The position numbers and the translations under genes are program-made. A stretch of 32,000 bases of DNA from NCBI GenBank assembly GCA_942493105.1, contig OW818668.1:1800001-1832000 (forward strand), written 5' to 3'. Numbering within the stretch: position 1 is the first letter of the stretch; the number at the start of each line of letters is the position of its first letter. This document shows positions 24,514 to 32,000 of this stretch, in pieces. The notes under the pieces were generated by a model that did no database searches, had not been told where the DNA came from, and worked only from the letters and a program-made list of their open reading frames with translations. The DNA comes from an uncultured Erysipelotrichaceae bacterium (GTDB lineage Bacteria > Bacillota_I > Bacilli_A > Erysipelotrichales > Erysipelotrichaceae).

Positions 24514-25907
24514 AACTTTTCTCCCTTATACGGAAATACACAACGCATGATGGTACCTTTGGGTTTATTATCTTTTACAATAATTCTACCTTGATGTGCT
24601 TCTACGATGCTTTTACAAATGGCAAGACCTAAGCCTAGACCCTTACGATTGAATTGGTTGTCAGATTTATAAGTATAAAACCGATCAAAGATCTTCCCTT
24701 TTTCTTCATCAGGTATCCCTTGACCTTGATCGATGACTTCAAAAAACAGGTGATCTACTGCTATATAAGCTTTTAGTATGATTTTCGATTCTGGTGTTGA
24801 ATATTTCATCGCATTATCAATCAGATTTAATAAAACTTTCTCCATTAATTGGATGTCCATTGAAAAATATATAGGATCATGAGGTAAATCGAGATAAATA
24901 TGAGTTTTTGATCTCGAGATGACTCTTGCGAGAACATCCCCAAAAAGTTCTTCAACAGATTCGATTTGAGTGTTTAGGTGCAGCCCTTCTTCAACGCGCA
25001 TAAAACTTAAAATGTTTTCAACTGAATTGATCAACCATGTCGCATCATTCTTGATGTTGGAAAGTAAAAGTGCTTGATTATCACTTGAAAGTTTACTTTG
25101 GTTTTCGATTAACGTATCACTAGAACCGATGATGGTTGCTAAAGGTGTCCTTAGGTCATGTGAAATTGCACCTAATAAATCATTTCTGAGTTTTTGTTCA
25201 CGAATTTTGAGCTCTGCTTTGTTTTGTTTTTCGATTAAGTCTAGTTTCTCTAGATTCTGGCTCAATATATTGGCGATAGAATCCAAATTCTTGTGAGATA
25301 TTAACTCAGTCGATATGAGTTGTAGATTTCCAATAGTCAAACCATTTAATAGAATAGGAGTCTTGGACTTTTTATAAGTTGAAGTATCCTTCGATAAAAC
25401 CGCTTCACTGTGATATTTCTGATCATCAATTGTTATATTGATGAAAACATTCGCATGGTAAGAATCAGAAATAATCCTTGCAGAAGCATTTAATGCATCT
25501 TTGGCTGGTATCGTTTGAAAAACATGGTTGATGCCATCCATTAGTAAAACTTGTTTCGTAGTTTCCTGAGATACCATTTTTTCAGTTTTAAGCTTTGAAG
25601 TTAAAGAACTGGATAAGAAACTAGCGATAAACATAACAAAAAAAGTAAAGATATAATCCGGTTGAGAGACATTGAGCGTATAAAGTGGATGGGTAAAAAA
25701 GAAGTTAAATGCCAAAACACTGATCAAAGAAGACGCGATTCCATACATGTAATGTGACGCAGTTTGAGAAATGATGATGACTGCCAACATATAAATAATA
25801 ATGATTGTGGCTTCTTGAAAGGCAAAATATGTAAATAGATATGATAAAAATGTGGCGAATCCCAACACGATTATGATTAGGAGTGAATTCCTCAAGAATG
25901 GTTTCAT
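24510..25907 (-). CDS. kdpD: Sensor histidine kinase, short KdpD type (TM domain + HisKA + HATPase; no N-terminal KdpD/Usp domain)
   Basis: 465 aa. It starts directly with a 4-helix membrane module resembling the KdpD TM region (DUF4118-like). H-box LGAISHDLRTPLATI and C-terminal ATPase motifs (DNAMKY, DQGQGIP, GLGLGLAICK). Confidence 0.75.
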   Translation of the reverse strand: MKPFLRNSLLIIIVLGFATFLSYLFTYFAFQEATIIIIYMLAVIIISQTASHYMYGIASSLISVLAFNFFFTHPLYTLNVSQPDYIFTFFVMFIASFLSSSLTSKLKTEKMVSQETTKQVLLMDGINHVFQTIPAKDALNASARIISDSYHANVFINITIDDQKYHSEAVLSKDTSTYKKSKTPILLNGLTIGNLQLISTELISHKNLDSIANILSQNLEKLDLIEKQNKAELKIREQKLRNDLLGAISHDLRTPLATIIGSSDTLIENQSKLSSDNQALLLSNIKNDATWLINSVENILSFMRVEEGLHLNTQIESVEELFGDVLARVISRSKTHIYLDLPHDPIYFSMDIQLMEKVLLNLIDNAMKYSTPESKIILKAYIAVDHLFFEVIDQGQGIPDEEKGKIFDRFYTYKSDNQFNRKGLGLGLAICKSIVEAHQGRIIVKDNKPKGTIMRCVFPYKGEKL

Positions 25908-25937
25908 AAACAGTTTTATTATACTCTTTTTATCTCA

Positions 25938-26834
25938 CTAGACATCAAACAGAGATAACTGATCAAACCCATATCCCTTTTGATAACCTAGTATGATGTC
26001 TTTCATCTTATAAACGATGCCATATCTATCACATTCTTTGGTAAATACTTCCCACAAGTGTTTAGAATTCAGTGATGCACAGGCATAGGCATCCCCATAG
26101 GTTGCAATATATTTTTCTTTTATGCCTGGAAATAACAAATCTAGCTTTTGGTAGAACCAATCTCTTTGATTGGTTCTTAAAGTAACTCCAAAATGTGGCA
26201 TCGCATAGATGAATCTTGCTTTATGTTCATAAGCCAATCTTACGATTGATCGTATATTATCAGGAGTATCTTCTATAAAAGGTAAGGTAGGCATCATGAT
26301 GATTCCTGCATATAAACCTTGTTCACTTAAGTTTTGAATGGCTTTGAAGCGTTGTGAACTGACAGAAACGTTTTGTTCTATACGTTTGCATAATGCATCA
26401 TCAGAAGTTGTGATGGTGATACCAATCAAGACTGGTGAATGTTTAGAGATTTCCTTTAAAAGATCACCATCACGACAGACAAGATCACTTTTGGTAAAAA
26501 TTGAGACTCCAAATCCATAGCGATGAATCAAAGCCAAGGCACCTCTAGTCAATGCCAGTTCTTTTTCAAAAGGATTATAGGGATCGCTCATAGAACCTGT
26601 CCCAATGACCCCTGTCTTACGTTTAGATTTTAAATCGCGCTCAATTAAATTCAAAGCATTGGCTTTAGATCTGACTTGATCAAACTCTTCGACTTGATAG
26701 CATTCACTGCGACTGTCACAGTAAATACAGCCGTGATTACAGCCTTTATAGATGTTCATATTGTAGTGGTTCCCAAACCACTCATTGTTGGGTTTATATT
26801 CTGATATGATGGTTTTAGCTAAGATCTGATCCAT
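25938..26834 (-). CDS. Radical SAM protein, SPL/DNA-photolyase-like family (COG1533-like)
   Basis: 298 aa. The cluster motif YKGCNHGCIYC sits near the N-terminus in SplB-like context. RBS AAAGGGGA. Confidence 0.7.
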   Translation of the reverse strand: MDQILAKTIISEYKPNNEWFGNHYNMNIYKGCNHGCIYCDSRSECYQVEEFDQVRSKANALNLIERDLKSKRKTGVIGTGSMSDPYNPFEKELALTRGALALIHRYGFGVSIFTKSDLVCRDGDLLKEISKHSPVLIGITITTSDDALCKRIEQNVSVSSQRFKAIQNLSEQGLYAGIIMMPTLPFIEDTPDNIRSIVRLAYEHKARFIYAMPHFGVTLRTNQRDWFYQKLDLLFPGIKEKYIATYGDAYACASLNSKHLWEVFTKECDRYGIVYKMKDIILGYQKGYGFDQLSLFDV

Positions 26835-26873
26835 AAGTCCCCTTTTGATCGGTTTATTCTCTTGTCAACTATG

Positions 26874-27158
26874 TTACTTCCTCTTAACGATCTTGTGTTC
26901 AAAAAAGGTTTCATCGTATTCGATGTTCATATCTTTATCATAACGAATCCATGAACCGTGCTTTAGTCCATTTTTAAAGTGACCAATTTGCGCTATTTGT
27001 CCATTTTCTCGATAAAACAACCATTCTCCTTCCATATTCTCACCAAGTACAGGTCCTCTTGCTTTAAGAGAACCATCTTTATAGTAATACGTCATGATGT
27101 CGTTTTCTAAGATATGGATGACTTGTCCATTTTTATAATGGGTTGATTTTGAGTTCAT
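26874..27158 (-). CDS. MORN-repeat / YwqK-like small protein
   Basis: 94 aa. Repeats of the type Y.DGSLKARG.., GEWLFYRENGQI..G.F.NG.KHG.W..Y resemble MORN-variant repeats. No clear SD. Confidence 0.45.
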   Translation of the reverse strand: MNSKSTHYKNGQVIHILENDIMTYYYKDGSLKARGPVLGENMEGEWLFYRENGQIAQIGHFKNGLKHGSWIRYDKDMNIEYDETFFEHKIVKRK

Positions 27159-27184
27159 AATAAAAGTATATCATAGGCATCACA

Positions 27185-27215
27185 TCAAAAAAGCACAGGC
27201 AGTGAGCCTGTGCTT
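27185..27215 (-). terminator. Rho-independent terminator of the P-type ATPase gene
   Basis: 10-bp stem AAGCACAGGC/GCCTGTGCTT with a 5-nt loop, followed on the minus strand by TTTTTTG. Confidence 0.8.
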
Positions 27216-27222
27216 GATTCTT

Positions 27223-29814
27223 TTATTTTCCGTTGAGTTTAAGTAACTTAGCGACTTCAACCACTAAAATAGGTGCTAAAGATAATGCGATGATCACTTC
27301 CCAGTGTTCTAAATCAATCGGAACAACTTTGAATAAAGTATTGATGCCTGGAATAAACAAGACTGTCAACATCATCCCAACATTGATCAAAGTAGCTCCA
27401 ATCAACCACTTATTGATGAAGAATGAACCTATGACTGATTTTGTATTAGAGTGAATGTTGTAGGAATGAGCCAATTGACTAAAGGCTAAAACACTAAATG
27501 CCATAGAACGGCCTAATTCTAATGACCCTTCGATCCATAATCCACCTGATCCATATAAATAAGCAAATATGGTTAGGCCACCAATCATAAGTCCCTGATA
27601 AGAAATACGATAAACCATGGATCTGCTCAACAAAGAGGTATCACGATTGGGCATCCTTTTCATGATGCCACTTTGGGCCGGATCTACGCCCAGCGCTAAA
27701 GCAGGAAGACTATCCGTTACCAGATTGATCCATAAGATATGAATGGGCAATAAAGGTGAATCCCAATTAAGTATGGTTGCGATCAATAAAACAGATAATT
27801 CTCCAACATTACATGAAAGCAAGTAACTGATGGCTTTTGAAATGTTATCGCGTATACGACGTCCTTCTTCAACTGCATGGACGACTGTGGCGAAGTTATC
27901 ATCTGCCAAGACCATATCAGCAGCCCCTTTAGCAACTTCAGTTCCTACAATGCCCATAGCAGCCCCAATGTCAGATTTCTTAAGTGCTGGGGCATCATTG
28001 ACACCATCTCCTGTCATCGCAACGATTTCACCATGTTTTTTCCAAGCATCGATGATGCGCATTTTATGTTCAGGAGAAACTCTGGCATATACCACGATGT
28101 GTTTGACCTGATCAAAGAGATCTTGATCACTCATTTCATCTAGTTCATTACCTGTCACAACACGATCGCCTTCCTGCATCAAACCAATTTGACGACCAAT
28201 GGCTTCTGCAGTTGTTTTGTGATCACCAGTGATCATAATGGGTTTAATGCCTGCACTGCGACATTCTTCAATGGCAATCTTGACTTCTTCACGAGGAGGA
28301 TCGATCATCCCTATCAGTCCCACAAAGGTCATATGCGATTCAACAGTCTGATCGCCATCTTTTATGATTTCATTCAGTTCACGCTTCGCTAAAGCCAAAA
28401 CACGCAGAGCTCTGTGTCCCATCTCTTCATTGCCTTTTTGGATATTTTGACGATCTTCAGCAGTGATTATGCGTGTTTGTGACCCCACTGCGATATGGGT
28501 TACACCTGCTAAGACCTCATCGACACCGCCTTTTATATAAGCTATGAATTTATCTTCAGTTTGATGGACCGTTGTCATCTTCTTACGTCCTGAATCAAAA
28601 GGAACTTCAGCGACACGTGGATAACTTTCCTCTATCATGGTTTGATCCATATCTGATTTAATGGTCCATTCTGATAATGCAGTCTCAGTAGGATCACCAA
28701 CCCATGATCCATTAATCAAACGTGCATCATTACATAAGAAGGCTCCTTTTCTTAGATCTTTAAGATTATCTTCATGACTGATCCAATAATCTGTGACCGT
28801 CATTTTATTTTGTGTCAAAGTCCCTGTTTTATCTGAGCATATGACAGTTGCCCCACCCAAAGTTTCAACACTGGATAAATTGCGTATGATCGCATTGCGT
28901 TTCGCCATACGCTGAACACCCATCGCCATAACGATGGTTGCGACAGCCGGTAAACTTTCTGGTATGACTGCTACAGCCAAAGAAACTGATGTCATAAACA
29001 TCTCAAGGATTTCTCGTTGATTAATAAGTCCAATGATGAAAATTAGGACCACGGAAACCAAAGCCCCAATTCCCAAGACTTTTCCTAAATGATCCAATTT
29101 TTTCTGTAGAGGAGTCTGTTCATTAGGAGTTCCAGTCAACATTTTTGCGATTTTGCCGACTTCTGTGTCCATCCCTACCCCGATGACCAAACCCATAGCA
29201 CGGCCATAAGTAACATTGGATGATGCATAAGCCATATTCTTTCGATCGCCTAAAGATGCATTCTCAGATAAGATCAACTCAGCTGATTTATCAACAGGTA
29301 CAGATTCTCCAGTCAAAGAAGATTCTTGGATTTGAGTACTGGAGGTCTTGATCAAACGAACATCAGCCGCGACTTTATCTCCAGCCTCTAGCAGTAAGAT
29401 ATCACCCAATACTACTTCTTTTGAAGGAATGATCATTTCTTGACCATTTCGTCTTACTTTCGCCATTGGTGCAGACATTTCTTTCAATGCTGCCAAAGCC
29501 TTTTCGGCTTTATTTTCTTGCAGGATACCTAGTATTGCATTTAGGATAACGATGGCCATGATGATCATGGAATCTGTAACTTCTCCTAAAAAACCTGAAA
29601 TAACAGCTGCAACGATTAAAATCAAGATCATCGCATTGTTGAACTGTTCAAGCAACAAGACAAATAAAGATTTCTTCTTGCCTTCTTCAAGTTGATTCTC
29701 ACCATGTTCAGTTCTTGATTTTAGGACTTGATCAGATGTAAGTCCTTGTTGAACATCGATTTCTGATAATACATCCATTAACTTCTTTTCATGCCATTTT
29801 ACTGGTTTACTCAT
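27223..29814 (-). CDS. P2-type cation-transporting ATPase (Ca2+/Mn2+ exporter-like)
   Basis: 863 aa with ICSDKTGTLTQNKM, MITGDHKTTA, TGDGVNDAPALKKSDIG, the M4 motif IPESLP and 10-TM topology. Confidence 0.9.
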   Translation of the reverse strand: MSKPVKWHEKKLMDVLSEIDVQQGLTSDQVLKSRTEHGENQLEEGKKKSLFVLLLEQFNNAMILILIVAAVISGFLGEVTDSMIIMAIVILNAILGILQENKAEKALAALKEMSAPMAKVRRNGQEMIIPSKEVVLGDILLLEAGDKVAADVRLIKTSSTQIQESSLTGESVPVDKSAELILSENASLGDRKNMAYASSNVTYGRAMGLVIGVGMDTEVGKIAKMLTGTPNEQTPLQKKLDHLGKVLGIGALVSVVLIFIIGLINQREILEMFMTSVSLAVAVIPESLPAVATIVMAMGVQRMAKRNAIIRNLSSVETLGGATVICSDKTGTLTQNKMTVTDYWISHEDNLKDLRKGAFLCNDARLINGSWVGDPTETALSEWTIKSDMDQTMIEESYPRVAEVPFDSGRKKMTTVHQTEDKFIAYIKGGVDEVLAGVTHIAVGSQTRIITAEDRQNIQKGNEEMGHRALRVLALAKRELNEIIKDGDQTVESHMTFVGLIGMIDPPREEVKIAIEECRSAGIKPIMITGDHKTTAEAIGRQIGLMQEGDRVVTGNELDEMSDQDLFDQVKHIVVYARVSPEHKMRIIDAWKKHGEIVAMTGDGVNDAPALKKSDIGAAMGIVGTEVAKGAADMVLADDNFATVVHAVEEGRRIRDNISKAISYLLSCNVGELSVLLIATILNWDSPLLPIHILWINLVTDSLPALALGVDPAQSGIMKRMPNRDTSLLSRSMVYRISYQGLMIGGLTIFAYLYGSGGLWIEGSLELGRSMAFSVLAFSQLAHSYNIHSNTKSVIGSFFINKWLIGATLINVGMMLTVLFIPGINTLFKVVPIDLEHWEVIIALSLAPILVVEVAKLLKLNGK

Positions 29815-29832
29815 AGTGCTCCTTGATGGTCT

Positions 29833-29871
29833 AAAATAAAAGACCTTACCCCAAAAAAATGATAAAGTCTT
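29833..29871 (-). terminator. Intrinsic terminator in the ATPase leader (riboswitch expression platform)
   Basis: RNA stem AAGACUUUAUC / GGUAAGGUCUU (11 bp including G-U pairs) with a 10-nt loop, followed by UUUAUUUU. Its 5' arm includes the 3' strand of the proposed aptamer P1 helix. Confidence 0.6.
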
Positions 29872-29947
29872 GAGATTTTGATACGCCCGGACCTAAGTCG
29901 TGTTGACGAAACGGATCACCTTTGACGGCCTCTACTCCCTTTAGCTA
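29861..29947 (-). ncRNA. Probable yybP-ykoY (Mn2+-responsive) riboswitch aptamer
   Basis: The minus-strand RNA contains CUAAAGGGAGUAG (hallmark AAAGGGGAGUAG-like 5' element), two CGUCAA elements and 3' UCAAGACUUUA. UAAAG/CUUUA can close P1. It sits in the 5' UTR of a P-type ATPase, a known context for this class. Confidence 0.6.
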
Positions 29948-29951
29948 CTGT

Positions 29952-29980
29952 ATTTTATCATTTTTACACATTTTAGTCAA
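29952..29980 (-). promoter_or_regulatory. Sigma-A type promoter for the riboswitch-ATPase transcript
   Basis: Minus strand: -35 TTGACT (29980-29975), 17-nt spacer, -10 TAAAAT (29957-29952), immediately upstream of the aptamer. Confidence 0.65.
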
Positions 29981-30089
29981 TTTACAGTGGGTATAAACCT
30001 CATAAGTTCACCTGATTTATATGTTTACAAAAGTCAAAAAAAGCTTAAGATTAAAACAAGAGCATATTAAATAAGAAAGGTTAAATTCA

Positions 30090-31568
30090 ATGGCCGACCT
30101 AAAGAAACTTACAATTTTACATTCAAATGACATGCATGGAGATTTCTTATCAAAAGACAACAATGAACAACTGGTAGGTGGTGTCAGTATGTTGTCTGGC
30201 TATGTTTCAAAAGTACGTGAAGAAGAAGAAAGTGTTCTCTATTGTATTGCTGGAGATATGCTTCAAGGGTCATTGATCGACAGTGAGTTCAAAGGCATTT
30301 CCACAATGGAAATCATGAATTATATCGCTCCTGATATTGCCTGTGTTGGAAATCATGAGGTAGATTATGGATTACCTCACCTGTTGTTTCTAGAAAAATA
30401 CGCTAAATTTTCCATTGTATCCGCAAATTTCTATTTAAAAAATCAGAACACTCGATTATTAAATTCGCATAAATTATTGGAAATAGATGGTATAAAAATC
30501 TTGGTCATTGGAATATTGACCGAATCTATTTTAGATTCCCTGAAGATGGACAAATTGATTTCTACCTTCGTTGACATTAAAGATGCTGCTAAAGAAGTTG
30601 GAAAGATCTGTGACAGTTATAAGACGACAGATGTTGATTTAACGATCTTATTGACTCATATCGGGTTTGATAATGATTGCACATTGGCCAGTCTATTGGA
30701 TCCTTTATGGGGTGTTGACGTCATCATAGGAGGTCATTCTCATACCATCTTAGATAAGCCAGCAGAAATCAATCATATTCTAATTACACAAGCAGGTGTA
30801 GGTACGGCTCAAATCGGACGCTTTGATTTGATCATCGATAAGGATCTCAATAAAGTGGACAGTTTTACTTGGAAATTGATTCCAATCACCCCTGAACATT
30901 GTCCTAAAGATACAGTGCTAGAAAGTGTAATCTTACGCTTTAAGGATCAAGTCGATGAAAAATATGGTCGCATCTTGACCCATTTAGCTAGAAAACTGAA
31001 TCATCCAAAGCGTGAACAAGAAACAGAGCTTGGTAATCTGCTTTCAGATATCGGAAAAGAAATGCTGGGACTAGATTTAATGATGTTGGGATCTGGGGCA
31101 ATACGCAAAACAGAATGTGGACCTATCGTAACCGTGGCTGATTTAGTGACCATGCTTCCCTATTCCGAGGCTGTCCATCAAATCCAACTTAGTGGAAAAC
31201 AACTCATTCATGCCTTTGAACTTATCTTGAAGCCTGAACGATGCAATCCTACCTTTGAACATTATCAAGTCAACAAAGGAACCACCATCATTTATGATCA
31301 AAGTCTAAACAAAATCGTAAGATTTGAACTCAACAACAAAGTGATTAAACCTAATCAACTTTATAAAGTTGGATTACAAACATTCCATCTCAATAACATC
31401 GATAAATTTCTAGGATTGGATCAAATCGAAGTCTTCAAGAATGCTAAACCTTTGGTGTTATGTACATCTTTTAACAACATCATCGAAGAATATCTCATGA
31501 CCCATACCAATCTCAAATCAAAAGTTGAAGGCAGAATCCAACGCATCAATCATCCTAAACAATCCTGA
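30090..31568 (+). CDS. Bifunctional metallophosphatase / 5'-nucleotidase family protein (no signal peptide)
   Basis: 492 aa with LHSNDMHGDF, GNHEVDYG and GGHSH calcineurin-like motifs plus a C-terminal 5'-nucleotidase domain. RBS AAGAAAGG. Confidence 0.85.
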   Translation: MADLKKLTILHSNDMHGDFLSKDNNEQLVGGVSMLSGYVSKVREEEESVLYCIAGDMLQGSLIDSEFKGISTMEIMNYIAPDIACVGNHEVDYGLPHLLFLEKYAKFSIVSANFYLKNQNTRLLNSHKLLEIDGIKILVIGILTESILDSLKMDKLISTFVDIKDAAKEVGKICDSYKTTDVDLTILLTHIGFDNDCTLASLLDPLWGVDVIIGGHSHTILDKPAEINHILITQAGVGTAQIGRFDLIIDKDLNKVDSFTWKLIPITPEHCPKDTVLESVILRFKDQVDEKYGRILTHLARKLNHPKREQETELGNLLSDIGKEMLGLDLMMLGSGAIRKTECGPIVTVADLVTMLPYSEAVHQIQLSGKQLIHAFELILKPERCNPTFEHYQVNKGTTIIYDQSLNKIVRFELNNKVIKPNQLYKVGLQTFHLNNIDKFLGLDQIEVFKNAKPLVLCTSFNNIIEEYLMTHTNLKSKVEGRIQRINHPKQS

Positions 31569-31640
31569 TACATGGATGTATATGGCTTGATTTAATCTTT
31601 TTGAAACGTCATAGTTGGTTTAGAAAGACAATGGGAAAAT

Positions 31641-32000
31641 ATGCAAAAATCAATAACCATAGAAACTGAAGTCTTAGCATCACTAGAAAAAGTGTGGGAA
31701 GTTTGGACATCACCCAAACATATCGTTAAGTGGAACACTGCATCTGATGATTGGCATACCACAAATGCCATAAATGACTTAAGCATCGGTGGTAGATTTA
31801 ATTATAGGATGGAATCAAAAGATGGAAAAGAAGGATTTGATTTCTGGGGAACTTATGATGAACTTATATTGAAAAAATTGATAAAAATCACTTTAGGAGA
31901 TGATCGCAAGATGGAAGTCCGCTTCATCCCTGTTGGATCAAAAATAAGGATCAATGAGACCTTTGAGATCGAAGACGAAAATTCTGAAGAACTGCAAAGA
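31641..32000 (+). CDS. SRPBCC (AHSA1/START-like) family protein, N-terminal part; runs off the right edge
   Basis: Absent from the ORF track because no stop lies in the window. MQKSITIETEVLASLEKVWEVWTSPKHIVKWNTASDDWHTT..GGRFNYRMESKDGKEGFDFWGTY is a typical AHSA1-like SRPBCC sequence. Confidence 0.7.
   Translation, partial: MQKSITIETEVLASLEKVWEVWTSPKHIVKWNTASDDWHTTNAINDLSIGGRFNYRMESKDGKEGFDFWGTYDELILKKLIKITLGDDRKMEVRFIPVGSKIRINETFEIEDENSEELQR

Noticed and set aside
31592-31786. 64-aa minus-strand ORF.
   Set aside because: It overlaps the plus-strand SRPBCC gene (31641 onward), which has a clear family signature. No RBS or motifs.
1-32000. CRISPR arrays, tRNA/rRNA genes, long tandem repeats and prophage or defence islands.
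   Set aside because: Reading both strands showed no periodic direct repeats, cloverleaf-like GC-rich segments or rRNA-like conserved blocks. The only long repeat is the IS inverted-repeat pair.

Overview
AT-rich bacterial chromosomal window. It uses Shine-Dalgarno sites and the standard genetic code (UGA serves as a stop at several coupled gene junctions), in a Firmicutes/Mollicutes-like style. About 90% is coding, almost all on the minus strand. From left to right: (1) a tightly packed cluster of a membrane acyltransferase, a PaaK/F390-synthetase-like adenylating enzyme and an SGNH hydrolase, cut by the left edge. (2) A yerC-like gene. (3) A branched-chain amino acid operon, ptb-buk-leucine dehydrogenase-[P-loop NTPase]-four-subunit 2-oxoacid:ferredoxin oxidoreductase. 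This mirrors the B. subtilis ptb-bcd-buk-bkd operon, with the BKD complex replaced by a ferredoxin-dependent enzyme. (4) A polytopic membrane protein, a DUF438/PAS-like protein and a strongly signalled 65-aa basic protein. (5) A two-subunit KorAB-type oxidoreductase followed by a C39/papain-like protein. (6) A DsbA-like protein, a second acyltransferase-3 protein and a gamma-carbonic-anhydrase-like protein. (7) An IS3-family element of about 1.3 kb with perfect 36-bp inverted repeats, sitting inside what looks like a former bidirectional terminator. Its orfA frame is disrupted. (8) A K+ uptake locus: short KdpD, KdpE, a TPR protein, two RCK (TrkA-like) genes, an unannotated 31-aa hydrophobic micropeptide, TrkH and an OB-fold membrane protein. 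(9) An SPL-type radical SAM protein and a MORN/YwqK-like protein. (10) A P2-type cation ATPase preceded by a probable yybP-ykoY (Mn2+) riboswitch with promoter and terminator. (11) A 5'-nucleotidase-like metallophosphatase and a partial SRPBCC gene. I saw no rRNA, tRNA or CRISPR array. All family calls come from motif recognition by eye; no database search was run.
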